The notes beneath the pieces were generated by a model, which was not told the DNA's origin, ran no database searches, and saw only the letters and a list, made by a program, of their open reading frames with translations. A DNA stretch of 64,000 bases from Octopus bimaculoides (taxonomy: Eukaryota): the NCBI RefSeq assembly GCF_001194135.2, contig NC_068986.1, positions 39,519,247 to 39,583,246 on the forward strand, in the 5' to 3' direction. Position numbers and translations under genes: made by a program. Of the stretch, positions 59,890 through 64,000 are shown in pieces. The first letter of the stretch is position 1. The number at the start of each line of letters is the position of its first letter.

Positions 59890-62845
59890 TGTGTTTGTCC
59901 CCCATCACCACTTGACAACTGATGTTGGTGTGTTTTTGTCCCTGTAACTTACTGGTTCAGTGAAAGAGACTGACAGAAGAAGTACCAGCGTCAAAAAAAT
60001 AAGTCTTGAGGTCAATTCATCCAACTAAAATTTCTTGAGCGCAGTGCCCCAGCATGGCTGCAGTCTAATGACTGAAACAAGAGAAAGATAAAAGATAAAA
60101 TATATAAAAATACTGGATGAGCATAGCTGAAACATTTTTGATTACAGATCTACTCAAACAGGACTGATGCAATTCTTAGTGAATAAGAAAGAAAATGAAA
60201 CTATGAAAAGCTAAGTTTTGACATGGCTATCTAGTTATTGGCATAACAACAACAAGAATATTAAGACAGAACACATTTATTGAGTGTCACTAGTTTGGTA
60301 AATACATCAGTTGATCAGTTGCACTTAGAAAACCACAATAATTATAAGGTTCATTTATTGCCAAACAATGCTAACTGGATGCTGCAATTAACCAACAATT
60401 AGTATCAGCACTAATGAATATGGAGAAAATTATATTTCAGATTTTTATGGTTTTCATTGACAGCCATAACAATTTGGAAATGAAGTTCTTTTTCACCAAC
60501 TCTTAATTCCTGAAAAGATACATATAAACCAACTGATGATATCAGAACAATAACTAATGGGATATTATCAAGTTTGATATTAAAACATTATGACATGAAA
60601 TACAAAAATATAAAACACACTTTATCAAAGACATTCTTGACATACACATACTGCACTAACACAACCACACACACATACACATACATACAGACAAATATAT
60701 GCACACTATATCCTGTTCTCATTCTGAAAGAAATTTTAAATGGAAATATTTGAAACCATTTTACTGGTATAAACACATAACCTGTAGAACAATAAATATT
60801 TGCATTATTTGCACATGAGTAACAAGTGAAACTATAATGGTATGCCATATCTTTTATGAGATATTCGTCAGAAATTTCACATATTTCCTTTTGTTCCTGG
60901 AAGAGAATCTGAAAAATTAACTGATTTTTATCTTTCATATTTTGTCCTTAGCTATATTTTTATTATCAAATAATATTTGTGTGGCACCTTGGGCAAATGT
61001 CTTCTGCCACAGACATTAGGTTGGCCAAAACCTTGCAAGTGAAATATTATAGACGGAAACTGCATGGAAGCCATTGGAAAGAGATCGTGAGACCTTTGAC
61101 AACAGGTTGCTGTCCACTCTCACAGAATTAACTGGAAAAGTAAAATGATGATGATGATGATAATAATAACTTCCATGGAAGTCTGTCTCCCCATCTCATC
61201 ATTCACCTTCCTATACAATCTTACAAACAAATTCTTTAACTCACATTGTGCCTTGTGGGGCCATCTAGGTACCACATCACCATTATCTGTCTCCTGCAAC
61301 TTCTACTGTTCATTTTTTCTTTCTCTCTCCTTTTCTTACTAGATGTAAGTAGCCATGCAAACCCTCTATAAGAACCTGCACTTCCTCACCACCCTCTCAT
61401 AGTTCAATCCCTTACATGAAACTGACCCCCACCTCCAGTGTGTAATTCTTCTAGCTGTATTGTGACCTTAATAGCGCAGGTAGCATGAAGAAAGTACCTA
61501 ATCCATGCTGTAAATAGTAATAATAATTGAAAAATTTGGCATTAGAGGAATCAGTTGCTGTGTGCAAGGAAAGAAGACTGCATTGGCATGGACATGTGAT
61601 GCATATGAATGAAGACAGCCATGTGAAGAAGAGCTGATTGCTAAATGTAGCCAGAATATATGGAAGAGGGAGACCATCTATGGGCACCACATCACCATTA
61701 TCTGTCTCCTGCAACTCCTACTGTTCATTTTTCTTTCTCTCTCCTTTTCTTTCTAGATGTGAGTAGCCATGCAAACCCTCTACAAGAACTTGCACTTCCT
61801 CACTACCTTCCCATAGTTCAATCCCTTGTTTGCTAACATAAAGCTGACCCTCATCCCAGGGTGTAGTTCTGCAAGCTGTATGGTGACCTCAATAGTTCAG
61901 GTGGCCTGAAAAAATCACCTGATCCATGTTGTAAAGTGGTTGGCATTAGGGAGGGCATCTAGCTGTAGAAACCAAGCCAAAATAGACATTGGGGCACAAT
62001 GCTGTCCTTGGACACATTAGATCCTGTCAGACCATCTAACCAATACCAACACGGAACATGGACATTAGACAACAATGACAGTGGCAGCAGTGATCACAAT
62101 GACAACAATGATATACATATAATGGGCTTTTTTCAGTTTCTGTCTACCAAATCCACTTACAAAGATTTGGTCAACCTGAGACTATAGTAGAAGACACTTG
62201 CCCAAGGTGCCATGGAGTGGGACTGAACCTGGAACCATGTAGTCGGGAAGCAAGCTTCTTACCACACAACCACACCTCTCTCTCTCTCTCTCTCTCTCNN
62301 NNNNNNNNNNNNNNNNNNNNNNNNNNNNNNNNNNNNNNNNNNNNNNNNNNNNNNNNNNNNNNNNNNNNNNNNNNNNNNNNNNNNNNNNNNNNNNNNNNNN
62401 NNNNNNNNNNNNNNNNNNNNNNNNNNNNNNNNNNNNNNNNNNNNNNNNNNNNNNNNNNNNNNNNNNNNNNNNNNNNNNNNNNNNNNNNNNNNNNNNNNNN
62501 NNNNNNNNNNNNNNNNNNNNNNNNNNNNNNNNNNNNNNNNNNNNNNNNNNNNNNNNNNNNNNNNNNNNNNNNNNNNNNNNNNNNNNNNNNNNNNNNNNNN
62601 NNNNNNNNNNNNNNNNNNNNNNNNNNNNNNNNNNNNNNNNNNNNNNNNNNNNNNNNNNNNNNNNNNNNNNNNNNNNNNNNNNNNNNNNNNNNNNNNNNNN
62701 NNNNNNNNNNNNNNNNNNNNNNNNNNNNNNNNNNNNNNNNNNNNNNNNNNNNNNNNNNNNNNNNNNNNNNNNNNNNNNNNNNNNNNNNNNNNNNNTATAT
62801 ATGTATATATATATATGTATATATATATATGTATATATATATATG

Positions 62846-62891
<46 letters not shown>

Positions 62892-63348
62892 CACACACAA
62901 TTATGTGGGCTTTGGCTGGGCTAGGATTATAGTAGAAGACACTTGCTCAAAGTGTCACATAATGGGACTGAATCCAATATCACATGTTTGTAAGGCAAGC
63001 TTCTCAACCACACACCTGTGCCTTTTATTACTAACTTTAGAAATATTAAGACTGATTGTACATGACTCCATGAATTAAAATTAGAATAATTAGGTTAAAT
63101 GTAAATGAAAAAAGATACCATATTAAATGCTTTGGGACTTTCTATTGTTTTTAATATTTTCCCTTGATTAGAAAAAGAAAAATATCCAATAATTGAGGAA
63201 GTGTGTATAATTAATTGTATATAAATATCACTGAACTGATGTTGGTTCTTATTGTATCAAGTTGATTGAAGAGGAAAAATATTTAAACCTGAACAGGACA
63301 CCATTCTATTGCTGCTGACATTATTCTGTAGGCAAACGGTGCCCTGTA
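58227..63348 (-). CDS. Hypothetical - strand gene: candidate exons 63348-63289, 60908(or 60896)-60782 and 58300-58227
   Basis: AG/GT sites with compatible phases give YRAPFAYRIMSAAIEWCPVQ-ILFQEQKEICEISDEYLIKDMAYHYSFTCYSCANNANIYCST-VSSDKLWKDCLKNSLTYDLVMCKM*; no homolog recognised. Confidence 0.28.
58535..58965 (-). mobile_element. SINE family A, antisense
   Basis: Reverse complement of the family with an expanded TA/CA tract. Confidence 0.85.
59432..60095 (+). mobile_element. SINE family A with nested SINE family B (59590-59831)
   Basis: 16-bp TSD aaactgac(a/t)agagccc at 59574-59589 and 59832-59847. Confidence 0.88.
61269..61940 (+). repeat. Local direct duplication of a ~250-bp segment separated by an RTE C-terminal fragment
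   Basis: caccacatcaccattatctgtctcctgcaac.. at 61269 and 61685; the intervening sequence encodes RRLHWHGHVMHMNEDSHVKK..GRGRP. Confidence 0.85.
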
Positions 63349-63554
63349 CTGCAGGCTGATGAGACATTAAACAATTCACTGTGATAATACAGTTGCTTTC
63401 AACTAGAGTTGTTCCTCCCATGTGGGACCTACTTGCAGCTAAGTGGACTGAGCCATTTCAGAGTTCAGTGTGTCTTGAAATGATGAAAGGCAAAAGTTGA
63501 CTTAGTGAGACTGGAACACTAAATTCGAAGAGATAACCAGATAGACATATATAT

Positions 63555-63695
63555 AGAGGGAGAGAGAGAGAGAGAAAAAAATAGAGATAATGAAGGAGAA
63601 AGAAAAAGAGGAAGAGTAAGAGAGAGAGAGAGGAAGGGGGAGAGGGAAATAGAGATAATGAGGGAGAAAGAAAGAGAAGAAGAGTAAGAGAGAAA
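63555..63695. repeat. Polypurine (GA/AAG-rich) tract with an internal ~55-bp duplication
   Basis: aatagagataatga(a/g)ggagaaagaaa.. occurs twice. Confidence 0.8.
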
Positions 63696-64000
63696 GAGAT
63701 TAATTAGAGTAAAAATTCTTTTTTAATTTTGGCACAAAGCCAGCAATCTTGAGGGTGGGGGAAGTCAATTACATCAACCCAATACTTGACTGGTACTTTA
63801 TTTTCTCAACCCTCAAAGGATGAAAGGTAAGTTGACCTCAATGGTAACTGAACTCAGAACATAAAGAGGCAAAAGTAATGTCTCTAAGCATTTTGTCTGA
63901 TGGGCTAATGATTCTGTCAGCTTGATACCTTTTAGAGGGCAAAGTTAATCTTAGTGAGATTCGAACTTAAAGAACTAGAACAAGTTCTTTAAGGGTTCGT

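Overview
Eukaryotic, AT-rich, repeat-dense genomic DNA with five N-gaps. The SINE, RTE-LINE and microsatellite content suggests a cephalopod, probably Octopus (inference from memory of the repeat families). The one well-supported host gene is a + strand kinesin-8 (KIF18A/Klp67A-like). I traced 17 coding exons by hand from 4141 to the TGA at 37407-37409; all have GT-AG boundaries with compatible phases and total 2331 nt (776 aa + stop). They encode the C-terminal half of the motor (switch I NSESSRSH, switch II DLAGSER), the coiled-coil stalk, a KEVVW PP1-type motif and an S/T-P-rich tail. The N-terminal motor exons lie upstream of the window. The rest is transposable elements, often nested: a piggyBac derivative and TTAA-flanked MITEs, a Tc1 interrupted by a Helitron, three 'two-headed' mariner elements, hAT MITEs, an internally deleted Sola2-like element just downstream of the gene, RTE LINE fragments (PHD-like finger inside the RT, hairpin VNTR in the 3' UTR), an R4/Dong-like RLE retroelement, three tRNA-derived SINE families and a hammerhead-like remnant. 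A CpG-retaining island (~45-46 kb) and possible exons of a - strand gene (58-63 kb) are weaker candidates. Most supplied ORFs are artefacts of microsatellites, gaps or TE remnants. I found no prokaryotic-type system, CRISPR array, rRNA or true tRNA gene, and no clearly new biological system; the best leads are TE architectures and kinesin tail splicing. TE boundaries without stated TSDs are approximate.
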